A stretch of DNA of 64,000 bases from Phoronis australis (Eukaryota > Animalia > Phoronida), in contig NMRA01000029.1 of the NCBI GenBank assembly GCA_002633005.1, positions 450,956 to 514,955 of the forward strand, written 5' to 3'. The number at the start of each line of letters is the position of its first letter. The stretch's first letter is position 1. This document shows, one piece after another, positions 24,251 through 36,702 of this stretch. The notes under the pieces are model-generated. The model was not told where the DNA came from, ran no database searches, and was given only the letters and a program-made list of their open reading frames with translations. Made by a program: the position numbers and the translations under genes.

Positions 24251-27200
24251 TTAAAGTCTCTTAAAAGAGACAAAAAGTTTGGCCTTACCATTTCACAGAT
24301 AATTTTAGCCAATTAACAATTAGGGCACCCAGTACCTGAAAATAATTGATAGAAATTATCTCAGTACCTTGCAATTAAGCGTGCAGTATTCACAGAAACT
24401 TTCTACTGCTCCTACAAGTGATATATTTTTAGAACTTGGCGTGTGGAGCATAAGACCTGGATTTCTGGCGTAAGTCTACAGTGACTTTTCTTGAAACAGG
24501 CCCCGCGCTATACAAAGAAGCTTGTCACTGTTTGTCTTTTATGCGGCAATAATGGGTCTCGAGGAATAACGAACTGACCGTTAGGAACTCTGGCATATCT
24601 TCCCACGTGAGAGAGAAATTTGTTGATACCAAGTTTACAGTGGTAAGTGGCCTAAATCCAAAGTTCGCCTCTTCGACGGGACGCAGTTCCATGAACACTT
24701 TAATCTCATCCCGAAGTATTCAATGGAAAAATACGGAAAAGAGGGGTAAAAGCGGTGGCTCCCGGGGGAGGGATGGATGGCACCAAAGGAGGACTGTGAA
24801 GCTGGTGGCGACAGAGATGGGGAATTACTGGAGACTGGGAGAGGGGATTGGTGGTAACGGGGGCATACAATTTGGTGGCGACCAGGACCTGGGGGTGAAA
24901 ATCTCCTCGGCCACCATTCGGACAAAACCGCACCGCCCACACTTGAATACGGCCTTGGGTCTACGGTGTGGGTTGGTGATGTTCTCATCTCAAAGATCAG
25001 GGAGGGCTTCTGTCTATAGGCTGTCCATACAACACTGCTCAAGCACTCACGAACGTGAAGCTTCACACTCATGAACACATTTCACCGAACTGTAAACTCA
25101 GTTCTCTAATCACTCAGAAACACGGCTTACGCACTAAAGATCACTGATCCTGGCCTTACGGACTCTTTGTTGATTCATGCCCGTGCGTTTTAGGATGCGT
25201 CTTTCTAGTGCGGGACCGTGTTGATGAGAAACTGAGCAGAGTTTATAATTCAGCGAGGAGTGTTCATGAGTGCGTGTCCCAGCTGTTCGGGTAGTCTTTA
25301 GTATCTTCTGAGCTTGGTGAGAACACGCGAGTCTTTGCAAGATATCGCCATGCAATTAGATGAAGCACGTGTTGTCAATTACTTTCATTGGCGACTATTT
25401 TGCATTTGTTAGCGGGCCCCTGGCCACTGCAATCTGATATGGTCGCTACAAAGCCGTTAGCATTCTTCGTTCCAAAATTTATGACTCATTATCGCAAGAT
25501 CCTGCGCAAATTAGGTAGCAGAAACCTGATGCATACTGACAAGTCGATTTCCCAGGGACGAGGAAAGTAATGTAAGCAACGTTTAAGGTGCTCATTAGAA
25601 TTTGTTATAATTCTGAGAAAAATCGGTTGGAGTAATTTATGGCCTATGAATGTGACATCCAGTGACGAACTTTTGCATTATTGCTTATTTTACCTTAATA
25701 AAAACCCGAACATTCCAACTAAAACAGACCACGAGTGTGCCTGCGCTTCAGTCCGTACGTCTAATACGAGACCAAAGCTTATCTCAAACCTTGTTTAGTG
25801 GTCTCCATTCTAATTCGTATATCAAAAACAGGCTTTGTCAATTACTAAAATTGTACATTGTTTGAAAGAAAAATTCTCAGGAATTTTAAAAAACACACTA
25901 CATGCCCTTATTACATTAAAACCTTATTAAGTCGAGATTTCATTTTAAAAAGATATATTCAAAATAACCCTCGGTCGCTTTAATGAAATCTTTTTAATGA
26001 AAACTTCACCAGTTACCTCAAAAAACGCTGTTAGGAATTTTCAATTAGTCTTCCTCAGCTTGCAAAACGTAAGACATTTTTGTAAAAAGTAGCAGTCGCA
26101 TTCGTCTTTGTTACATTGCGCAAAAAGTAGCCATTTATATCGAAAATTGTAACTTGATTTTTGAGATTGATGAATAAATATTTAGTTTGCAAAGTTTCAG
26201 TATAATCCACCTACTGTTTTCGAGAACTCGTGTTCCTAAGTTCAAATTAAGTCGATTTGTGGAAGCCGAGAAAAAGCCGATTAAGTTGGGAGACGTGAAA
26301 ATCTCAAGGTCCTCGATTAATTGACCTATCGGCAAGATTATGACGGACGGCTTAATTGACCAATCAGAACTCAGCATTCTTGGCACACCTTCGTCTGCGT
26401 TTCCAAGCCGCCATTTTAGCGGCCGAACCACACGTAGTCGAGTAAAACTTACTTTAGTTTATAGCTCAAGAAATTGTCCGCTAGGAATGGGGAAACGGTG
26501 TTGATATGGCGTTATGCTGCTCCAGAATAATATCCCGTCATTTTTTGGCATGTCCTAAGCCGAAAAATGATGTTGAAAAGCGTAAGGATCGAACTGTACG
26601 GCCACACGAGCAGCTGAACTTAGCGATGTTGCTTGATAACTCGAAGGCTATAATAAACACAAATATATTAGTTCCAACATACGCACTTTTCAGCTTGGTG
26701 GCTATGGTGCAGGGCTATCTCAGATTTTGACTCCCGAGTTTCCTACGTCTGGCCGCCTTTGTCTCTGGCGGCACCTGCTGGATCTCACCACTCTAGCGGT
26801 AGTCCCCGGAAATTGTTTTCAAGGACATTTTCATTTTATGTTTTTTTATTTATTTCAACCTGATGGACATTATTTTGTTTCGTATTAGAGGTACATTTTT
26901 GTTGTTCATAAACCGTAGGCTGGCGTTCAACTGAACTTCTTTCCCGCTAAAAATTCAGAGATTCGATCGGCGCAGGGAAGGGCACTGGATTACTGCCGTA
27001 ACTCAAAGCCTTGGTCGAGCTGTTGTCACTAAAAACAAACTGTTGTATTACTTTTTGACGTGTACCTCTAGTATACACTATGTCTGTAGAGTTAGAGAGA
27101 GCTCATTTTGAAGTTGTTCAAACATGATGTTTAGATTTATGAAGCTTTAAAAAAGAATTTGTCTGAGTTATTTTTGTAAATACCTATTTTTGCAACTACC

Positions 27201-27361
27201 ACACCAGACTTGTAATCTTTTGTAACCATACCACGACTTAGTGACCATGCTACCTTAAAAATTAAATAGAAGCTACCTTTATGGAATGGAACTACAAAAA
27301 ATGTCAAGGTCATAAGCAGGTAGGCCTAATTTAAATGTCTTAATGGTGAAACGAACAATTC

Positions 27362-27662
27362 CATAGGCGGAATTAGGGGGGCTGCCCCCCCCCCCCTTGG
27401 CTGCCGCAAGCAAAATGAAACAGCGAGAGCGTGAAGCGTGAGAAAATATTGAGTTCAGTAGCTAGGACCGGTAGCCGAAGAGGGGTGCTCTGACCCCAGA
27501 TCGCGGCGGAATTGATTTTCTGAACCGAGATCCAAAGGTCTACATTCCTGGCCCCTGCAACTTTCGGGCTCTTGTGCACATACAATTGCGCTTTGCCCAA
27601 TTCCACAAGGCAAGATATGTTGGGGCCCCTGTGTTATCTTAGTGTACTGAGATATGCCACTG
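27362..27662. mobile_element. MITE with 5-bp TSD (hAT5-like)
   Basis: Ends CATAGGCGGAATT and AGATATGCCACTG, flanked by AATTC on both sides. The interior is homologous to 50422-50763. Confidence 0.85.
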
Positions 27663-29433
27663 AATTCCAGACATTAATTTGACTTAGACACAGGCCCCAG
27701 ACCTATACCGGAGCTAACTGTTTGCCTAGGACGATATGTGTGTGTTCCTGAGCTATGAACCTGAATTTTTTATCAAAATATTTCGTTACATGATTAGAAA
27801 AGTGTAAACAGTGCTATCGAGTCGACCTAGTCAGAGTGCATGTGTTGTTTGTAATCTATGACCTACTTTACTCCAGAAGTCCCACCAGTTGTGACCTACT
27901 TTTCATTTGGCGAAATTTAGCAGACGACAGAATAAAAATATCGGTGAATCTTAACTGATTTTATTCGAAAGATCATGAAATTTATGGAATCGTACAGACA
28001 ATTTGACTTTAAGCTACATACCCAGCTTTACATGAACATATTGTATCATTCAGTGGCCTTGTCATTGGTCAGGTGAAGGTGGCCCCAAGGCCGAGGGGTT
28101 CTTCGGATTTTCGCTGGCTCCTCGAGCACTTATTTTTTCATCGCTTCCTTCACAAATTCCCATATCATGAACGTATGATTCTCTGTTGAAAGGCATCGCC
28201 TCTTGTCTCTGTCGAAGCGTTTTCAAATAGTGCAAAAAACTCATCGATTCCACCAGGAACGTCGTTTAGCGACAGTGTATTTGCCTCTGACATCTCGTTC
28301 GATTGTCGGGTATCACGTGACTTTTCGCATAGGGGCGGAGCTTGCGATAGGTCAATTATTCAGTGAAAACGTGTTTTCGCTCAATATTACCTACAGGTAT
28401 CCTTAACCATGTTTGATATTTCACCATTTACTCGCAATGTCAGCTGAATTTACAGTGCATAATTAATTTAATAATCGCTAAAACGTTAATTTTGTGACCA
28501 TCTCCAGTCCGACAGGCGAAGTCAACTGTTGACCTACTTAAAAGTAGGTCAACAATTCATTGTTATACACACCACGCCCCGGGAGACTGATATGAAACCC
28601 AGTGCGAAATGGATAACAGAAATCGAGTCGGTGGTTTAAGCGGGTCGTGAGCATGAGATCGAAACAGCGAAATATCAAGCCACCAATGAAATTGCGGAAT
28701 TTGTGTGAGGATTTGTCTAATTTCACAACTTTCTTAGTTCCTGTCCACAAAGTCACAGAGGCATGCGCCGATTCTGAGTATTCGTTCTCAGTCCACGGTC
28801 GTATGCATGCAGACGCAAAACCACCTCATGTCTTCGTTCTTCCCGGCATCTTTCAATTATATACCTCATTGACTCAATATTACGGTGATTAGGTTAAGGA
28901 AAGGATTGAGGGTACATACGGAGCTGCTACATGTCTTACGGGAGATTCGATTTGAGTGACAGTCATGAAAGTTTTGGACACGGATAAGTAGTAAACAAAT
29001 TTCCACGCTGTTGTGTGGTTCCAAGGCGTTTCTGCTAAATCTTTTTTCTCGCTACACGGTAAATATTTTGTGTTTGAAGTTCCCCGAGAATGAATGCCAT
29101 TCACGTGGCCCCCTGACCACACCCACCAGAGCAAACTTGCCAGATGTTGCCCATTTCCAAGCATGAGGATACCCATAAAGCAAAGTGGCACCAAAGAAAA
29201 TCGGTTTCGTTTTCATGCCAAGAAACCTCAAGGATTCCAGACTTTAAGATATTTTGTTAGACATATCATATGAAATATTGTAAAAACGGCCAATTATTGT
29301 GAATAGGGTTTGAGATATCCTTAACACCAGGTAAAAAGTGTTGCATTTCACCTAATAACAAATGCTCTGCCCACCAAACAAATTCATTTTCGGAAATTCT
29401 TTGGCTCATCTACACCAGCCAATAGTCTATTAG

Positions 29434-29491
29434 CCTGCATCAGACCTATGTTTCGTCACGTCATTCCTCCGACCATCTTCAGGACTTACAG
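29434..29491 (-). ncRNA. Hammerhead-ribozyme-like motif (minimal type I, degenerate)
   Basis: The minus strand reads CTGTAAGTC-CTGAAGA-TG-GTC(GGAGGAATGACGT)GAC-GAAAC-ATAG-GTC-TGATGCAG. The core CUGANGA, GAAA and GUC boxes are in order, but helices I and II are imperfect. Confidence 0.5.
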
Positions 29492-29611
29492 AGTTCTTAG
29501 AAGAACAAGCAAAGAGAAGTCACACCCCTGAATGGATCGGCGTAAACCAGCCAATATATTTTAAAGATGATATTTTAACATCATATTAGAAGAAGTCAAG
29601 CAAACTCTTAC

Positions 29612-29799
29612 CTGGCGACGTTCCCCATAGTCGCTTGTTCCGCACGCTACAGGGTCCGCTGATATCGTAAGCCCACAGTTTTCGGGTGAAGGTTTCAGCA
29701 ACTATCACGTGTAGAGGAACGCCGTCTTTCGAATGCTGAACAGCAATTCCGTTACAGAAGAAATAACCGCTATCTAGTTTTATCATAGTGTCATTCGCC
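29612..29799 (-). CDS. DFPase-like protein, exon 3
   Basis: Acceptor TCTTTAG (phase 2), donor G|GTAAG (phase 1). ANDTMIKLDSGYFFCNGIAVQH...VIVAETFTRKLWAYDISGP...KRLWG matches squid FPNGIAVRH...LIVAETPTKKLWSYDIKGP. Confidence 0.95.
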
Positions 29800-30789
29800 C
29801 TAAAGATAAAGCATATAAAAAGGACATTTGTATAAGAGGTATCAGAACCACAAGTGTATTAGCTGGGAGAAAAACAATGGCGGTTCTGTATTTTCAAGGG
29901 GCCTGGAGCTTCTTCAGCTATGGGGCCCCACGCAACCGTTAACTTAAAGTAGCTCTTTTTACTGCAACTCCCACTGAGAGAGCTAAAACGCCGAGAGCAG
30001 GTGAAAACAAACATGACAATTTGTATGGGTAAATTCTAAAATATCTAGTTAAATCGCGGTAAAATATGCCAAAATCGGTGTATTGGCTTTTCCTTAGCTG
30101 TACCATTGTGTTGTTATCCTTCAGTGCTTGAATTAAAATTGTTCATAGTAAAACTGCCCAGATGAATTCTTATGATGACATGCAGTGCTCCAATGGGTAA
30201 ACTTAACCCGCCGTGAAAAGTACAGTCCGCGAGAGTAGTCCGATGGAGCAATAAAGATCTATCAGTTCTTATCAAGCCTAGAACTCATTTATAATCCAAC
30301 TAAGGAACAAGGAAAAGTGGTTTTATAACGGTAACTGAATCGGTGTTAATCAAGAGTTGGATATTTTGAAAAGCGCGAGTTTATTGCATTTTTGAAATTG
30401 TCCACGTGAGACAACGCGGCTTCAGCTTCCGACGTCTGTTGGTAAGAACGAGACAATTCCCTTTCGTTTAGGATTTATAAAAGTTTTTAATCCATCTGCT
30501 GCAACATAACCAAATACGATAAACTTTGCAATGAAACTTACGATAATGCAAATGCCATTTACTGCTACAACAAACAAGTTCTGTTACGATGATTAACTTA
30601 GTGACGTAGAACAATACCAAAGAGTGAGCACATTAATGCTTAGGCGCCTGTAGCTAGAGTTTTATGGTATATCCAAAATACTGAGATCTTCAAAAAATAA
30701 ATGTCTGCGCACGTGTTTTGTATATAGGCGCATGGGCTTAAGCCTCATTTACACGCACACTTGGTAATTCTTTTCATCATGCATTATTA

Positions 30790-33516
30790 AATACCTTTGG
30801 ACAAAGAGAAATGCAATCATTCAGCAATAACGTGAGAGAATTGAACCTAATTCAGAAAGTCAGCCATTGATATGCCTGATTGTGGACTCCGTTGCTTTGG
30901 GAAAATTACAGTTATTTTATATGTGGTTGTTCAGTTTGCTATTTTGTCTTTAAATACACTTTTGTTGTAGACAAAATGACACGAATTTTAAAATTGTTCA
31001 AATGCCTTCTTAAGAAAGCTCTAAAAATAATTAAACACACAAACAAATCAAGTGCAAACAAAGGGAATATTTCATTTTGATCGCTGCACATTTCTATAGG
31101 TCAACAGGAAAATGACAATTCACAAGCGGAATCGGTGGTCATTTCAGGTTTATGAAGAATCAGCACAACTGCTCTCTATCTGGCTTTAAAACTGAAGAAA
31201 TATTGTGGTTTCAATAGTTAGTTACAAACTTGTCTGTTGATGAAAAATTTATTCCATCATCAAAGTGTAACATTAACGGGCTTTCTACTGATAATCGCTG
31301 CAGTCATTTCCCCATAATGTGTACCAAATTGAAAAGTTTTTACCATTAGTATAAAGCCTTTCTTCTGAAAGGAAATTTTAATGTCACTCAGAGAAAAAGA
31401 ACAGCTATTGGTTTTCATGTCACTGGGATCTAGTTTCAATGACCTGTAGAATTGCAAGTAGCTTTCCTTCAAGTAATCTCATTCAGCCTCAATGACATCC
31501 ACAATTAGATCCTTGAAGGTACACACAACAGCATATCACTTGACTCATACTGTGCCCAAGATCTGACCCTGAACTAGACCAGAGTGTCACTAGGTCTTCT
31601 TTAGCTTCAATCCGTCATGTTTCTTCCAGGAAAGGAAATGATCTATTGTCCACACAAGACTCATTGCCTATGAAAGGGCATCCTCACCAACGAGACTGTC
31701 TTAAGTAGCAGTCAGATATAGTTCCTCTTCAAACACAAACAATCTAGTCACACTGTCTTATGGTAACTTAGAACAGCGATTCACATTTCTCCAGGGCCAG
31801 TGACTTGCACATTGTGCCATGCAGCACTGCTGGTGTGTGGAAATGCTGTGGGAACAGAAAGGAGTAACAAAGCTTGCCTATCTTGCGGCTTGAAGTGGCC
31901 CTAAAATGTCACTAAACCTGGAACAAATATTGAAATACGAATAATTAAGTACAGTACTCCAGGTTGGGTTGAAAATGCTACGCCTGTTTTTCAAAGATAT
32001 GACACAAAATATCCCACAAAATTAAATACTTTCCAGAAAGCAAGGGTGTGTATGATAAGTACTGTATAAAACTGCGTCTTTATTTTTCATTCCTAGCCAT
32101 AAAAATCTTTAAACGCATCACTTGTCTGCAAAATATGCAAGTTATTTGAGACAACTTCAAATCTTTGCTACCCATTTTCAAGCCTTTTTCTTTTTGATAC
32201 TTTCAGTAATTTTAAACTCCGATTACAGATTCATGGGTCTGTCAAGCATACTTCTGGCTGAGGGAACCGTTTCTCAGACTTTTTATTTTTCTTCTAATAG
32301 AAGACATGAAGACTTGGGTCATTTAAAAATGATGGATAACCTTTCTGTTGTTTAAGACTAATTACAAATCGTAAGGCACCATCAAAATGCAACTTTCACA
32401 AAAAATGGCAGTCATTTGAATTTACAAATGACTTGCAACATTTCAAGGCATGAGTTAAGACTATTCAGTCACTGAGAATTCAGAAAATGTAATATATTTT
32501 TATGGGTTTACAATTGATAGCAAAACAGTTTCATGAAATAAACTTGAAGGAACTTCATGAAGGTTAAGAATTACCTCACCATGCTCTTTCCACCAGACAC
32601 TATTACCTGTTATTTCCACACATTCAGTTGCACCAAAGTTTATAACTCCAACCCCGTATGCCAACCCCCCTAAAGACCTGAATAAGTAAATTTACAAAGC
32701 GACTTACATACCTTTCTTTAAAAATAGCTGCCCTTTTGAAAGGCTTTGTCCGTTGTCTCCGATATAAACAGTAGGCTTTGACATATCTGCAATGGATGGG
32801 AACATCTTGCTGCTTAGCTGCAGTCAACTGCTTAAAACCAATTTTTGTTCATTCAGGGACAGTGCAGAAGCGATGCATATATTCTCTGCACAGTACATGC
32901 CTTCAAACCTAAAAACCAAATATCACGTGAAAACAGACATGATAGATTTCCAATTCAACGTGTAATAGATTTATGGAAGACATAGGATAAGGAGTAAACA
33001 AAGAGTCTAATGGATATTAGTCACGTACCTCTTGCCATTGGACTTATAGTGTAGATTGTAATCTTAACTCACTAACCAATATCGAGCATTCAACATTGAT
33101 TGATCTAACTGTCACTGATTAACCTGTAAGAAATCATTTCAAATATTAATAATACTGCTTTTATTTACGAAAAGATCCCGAGTGCTACATCAAGTATCTA
33201 ACACACATCACAACAAACAAAGATTAACCCGACTGGCGAATGCCGCGAAGTCGACATCGGCGAGTACCTCTGTCAACAGGCATCAGTAGAATAAACATGG
33301 AATAATCGTTAAAATAATCACAAACCTTACCTTTGTATAAGGTCGAGATTACTTCCTCTCATAGAAGCACCCTTTTCGCGGAATCTCAATTTCAGTTGCC
33401 ACGGCTGCAAGCCATTTCACCATGTATTTAAAGGGCTCGCGAAATCGAGGCTGCTTAATCTATCATCACTAGTACACGCGCGCCATCTAGTTAATGTAAA
33501 TTTTCCGAACAGCCCT
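30790..33516 (-). mobile_element. ISL2EU-like (PIF/Harbinger-related) element, truncated copy with SAP/YqaJ pseudogene, in DFPase intron 2
   Basis: Reverse-complement homologue of 44163-46645 over about 2.5 kb, with terminus AT|AGGGCTGTTCGGAAAAT. Relic translations: LFV.EEELYLTAT*DSLVGEDAL and LKLKKT...VQGQ...VVCTFKDLIVDVIE. Confidence 0.82.
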
Positions 33517-34289
33517 ATTCGTCCGTAGGGCGTCACTTATTTGTATTTACTTAAGAGTCATGGTAGTTTGCTCCGATTCTAAGGTTTGTCAGACAGAGGC
33601 TGTGATATGTTTTCACGTTGCTTTTCGTTGTTATTTATGTATGCCTGCAAAATCAACGGTAGTTAACAAACATAGAGAGTGGAAACAATAACTATGACTT
33701 TTGAGTACAAACCTGTTACAGCATGGATACATATTGCTCCCTTTACTCAGTCCCTCTTGTGACATTCCTCACTAGTGCACCAAGCACAGAAATCTTTTAC
33801 AAACTAATTTTTTTCCTAAAGATCTTTTTAAAAATTCTCTGCGTAAGGCTTTACCTAACCTTATAAACAGTCTTCCATGTTATACTCTTAACAAGATTGA
33901 TACATATTCTCTATTTAGTGTAATAAATTATTTTGGAAATCGTAGCTGTGATGAGTAACCGTCTTGCTTGCACCGTTACCAACTGTTATGTGTGTAACAC
34001 AGTAAGAACTTAGTTAATTTCGTCCAACTACTGCAATATATTATTTATGTTTTTATTTATTGGCTTATTGTTATTAATACGAATTTCTTCATGAATGAAA
34101 ATGTCACTGTCGTGTTTTTTTTCATTTGTTTGCCATATTTGCTGCGTATCTTTTACTTTTGTATAATTTACCTTTGTATAGTTCAGGGGGACCCTTGGAC
34201 CAGCGGGCTGTTAAGTCCTCACAGGGCCTTCCCTAATTCAAAATTGAATTTTTAGTTTTTCATTTTAAATGACATGAAATAAACCTCAT

Positions 34290-34370
34290 TGCTGCTGCTG
34301 GTGTTCCTGCTGCTGCTGGTGTTCCTGTTGCTGCAGCTGTTGCTGCTACTGCTGTTGCTGCTGCTGATGC
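34290..34370. repeat. (GCT)n-rich microsatellite
   Basis: GCTGCTGCTGGTGTTCCT twice, then GCT/GTT triplets. Confidence 0.85.
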
Positions 34371-35519
34371 CATTTCTCCAATTGCATTATTTTTGTCGAT
34401 TTCCGAATAATATGCACGCATAAATGAAAGGGTCAAGGTGCTGTATTTTCAAAGTTCGCATGTGTACAAATCTAAATAATCAATCCGTTCGTTGACCCCG
34501 TGACCTTCTGACCTCGGTCAAGTTACAACATGACGAGAACATTTATTGTATCACTAATCCAGGGTGTGCCATCGAAACAGGATCCCCGATGTAAAACAAA
34601 CATTCCGGAATCGAAAACAGACTCACGCACCTCTAGCTCACTAGCCCTAGAAACTCGAACTCTGGCCTTTAAAACAGGACACCGGTGACCGAAATACCAC
34701 ACTCGCACGTTCTGTCAAGCATTGTCTGATGAAAAATAAATCGTCTTACTTTAATTAGTTAATGGTTGTGATATGCTGTTTTACTACCTGAGAATTTTAG
34801 ACAACTCATGACGGATTGGCGTTCTACGTTATTCTGTTGTTTAAGTTGCGGTGCGCTCTTTTTTGTCACCTATTGGCCAGTTTATTTTTCCACAATTCTT
34901 AAATCAACTGTTCTTCTTCCACGAGGTTGCGTACAATGTACATGTCACAAAAGCCTAATCAACAATGGAAATCGAGAGTCGAAATAATATTTTTGTTTTT
35001 TATTTTTCAATTTTTTGGAGAAACTATTGAATAATCTGGAAGTAATTAAATATTCACAGGCACGTAGGGAACCAACGAGCGTTAACTGTTTGACCGCGCG
35101 CACGAGAACCACAACGTATTTCAACTGAGTGACGTGAGTTAGGAAAAGACTAGGGCGTGTCACTCGCGAAATAGCATGAAAAGATATACCAGTTGGAATT
35201 TGTTAGATTTATGTCCCTTGGACTTTTTTGTTCGTCAACAGGCGTGATTTCACGTAACTTCCTCAAAATGGCACCCGGTGAGAGAAGCTCTGGTCTAAGA
35301 AACCCCGACAGATTTTCCTGGATATGTTCAAGTTTTGTTGCCTAAATTGTATCCAAAGTAACGGTATGTGTTAATTATAACTCAGTTTGTTTATAAGCAT
35401 GATTCATTCGATTTTATTCGCTGTATTTTGAGATAAGTAACTTTTTATGGGATAATGTACGGTCGCCCCCGTATACCCTCGGCATTCAGGCCTAGGAATT
35501 CCATAACAGCTAACCATAC

Positions 35520-35833
35520 CTGCTATAACAGTACAGAGATCCATTCACTCGTTTGTTGGGTGGCACACCGTCCTCGTATTCGGCAGGGGCTATCTCTCCA
35601 GCTGGTGCTGTGATCCACATGTTTCCCGTGAAATCGAATGTACCGTCGTTGAATCCCTGTAGGGTTTGGTTGTTGGAATCGTGTCGCGCAATTTGTGTAA
35701 ACTTTCCAGTAGGGGCCACTTTGAGTAGAGCATGCCTGAGATCTGTCACCCAAAGGTTGCCATCTTGGTCACACTGGCCGCCATTTTGGTTTCCACCAAC
35801 TGACTTGATAATGGGTTGGGCAACACTCTTAAG
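35520..35833 (-). CDS. DFPase-like protein, exon 2
   Basis: Acceptor CTGCCAG (phase 0), donor AG|GTATGG (phase 2). GGQCDQDGNLWVTDLR...QGFNDGTFDFTGNMWITAPAGEIAPAEY...GSLYCYS matches squid GCQCDRD...QGCNDCAFDYEGNLWITAPAGEVAPADY...GSIYCF. Confidence 0.96.
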
Positions 35834-36450
35834 CTGGCAGAACACAGAACAGGGCGAGGATGGTTTGAAAATATCACGGAAGCAAGCTAGAATTCTCATA
35901 GCACACTTCAAATGCGCTCGTTGTAGCACAGCTTTTTTTCTACATTTAAGCAATGGTCATACCACCACGTATCAAGTCAACTTTTCTCCACTAAAGTTTT
36001 ATCCAATATCGTTTTTTAAGATTACGAGTAAATTGAAATGTGCCAAGGTTTCCCTACTTACATTCACTGTACATGAAATGATCAATTTTAACGCAAACCT
36101 TTAAGCATACAGTGTATTAAAATATGCGCGGTCTGATGGTGAATACCTTAGATGAAGTTAGTTGTTTGATAGTCTTATTTTTCACGCGCTACATTTGTCA
36201 GGTTTGATGAAAATTAGACGTTACGTTATGAACATCAAACACGCGGCGCCCGAGTGAGTTTTTGCCGGTTTGTCAGACGTTTTCTCATGAGTTCGTACAT
36301 GTAGCACGCTCAGATCACACGGTGAGGACTTTTAAAGCAGTGCCCCGAAACTCATGATCCGGTAAAAACATAATGCTCCAAATCATGCTTGATTCCAAAG
36401 AAGTGCACTACTTGTGGTCATCTAAACCAGAAATTTTGAAAATAACTCAC

Positions 36451-36702
36451 CTGCTTGTGTTCTAAATCCACACTGTATATATCACCTCCCGTTTGCCCGC
36501 CGTCCGTTACTAATGGCGCGGTGATGTAAAAATTACCCTTTCTGTCAAACATCGGACCTTCTGTCCACGCGTTCGGTTTAAACACAGAGTTATCCAAAAC
36601 CTGCTGAACATCAGATGGTGTAAACAGCTGTGCACCACAAGAAAATTGTATGGATATAAGAGCTGTAGCCATCCAGGCCACCAACATCAGTTTGCTCGCC
36701 AT
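36451..36702 (-). CDS. DFPase-like protein, exon 1, with signal peptide
   Basis: ATG at 36702 gives MASKLMLVAWMATALISIQFSCGA, then TEGPMFDRKGNFYITAP...GDIYSVDL (squid AEGPVFDKNGDFYIVAP...GEILRIDL). Donor CAG|GTGAGT. The four exons total 1032 nt, or 343 aa plus stop. Confidence 0.94.

Noticed and set aside
24607-25078. Overlapping ORFs of about 150 aa on both strands
   Set aside because: A GC-rich patch with no recognisable motif or splice support, probably repeat interior.
35553-36104. 183-aa plus-strand ORF, and similar plus-strand ORFs at 39097-40711
   Set aside because: Antisense shadows of real minus-strand exons.
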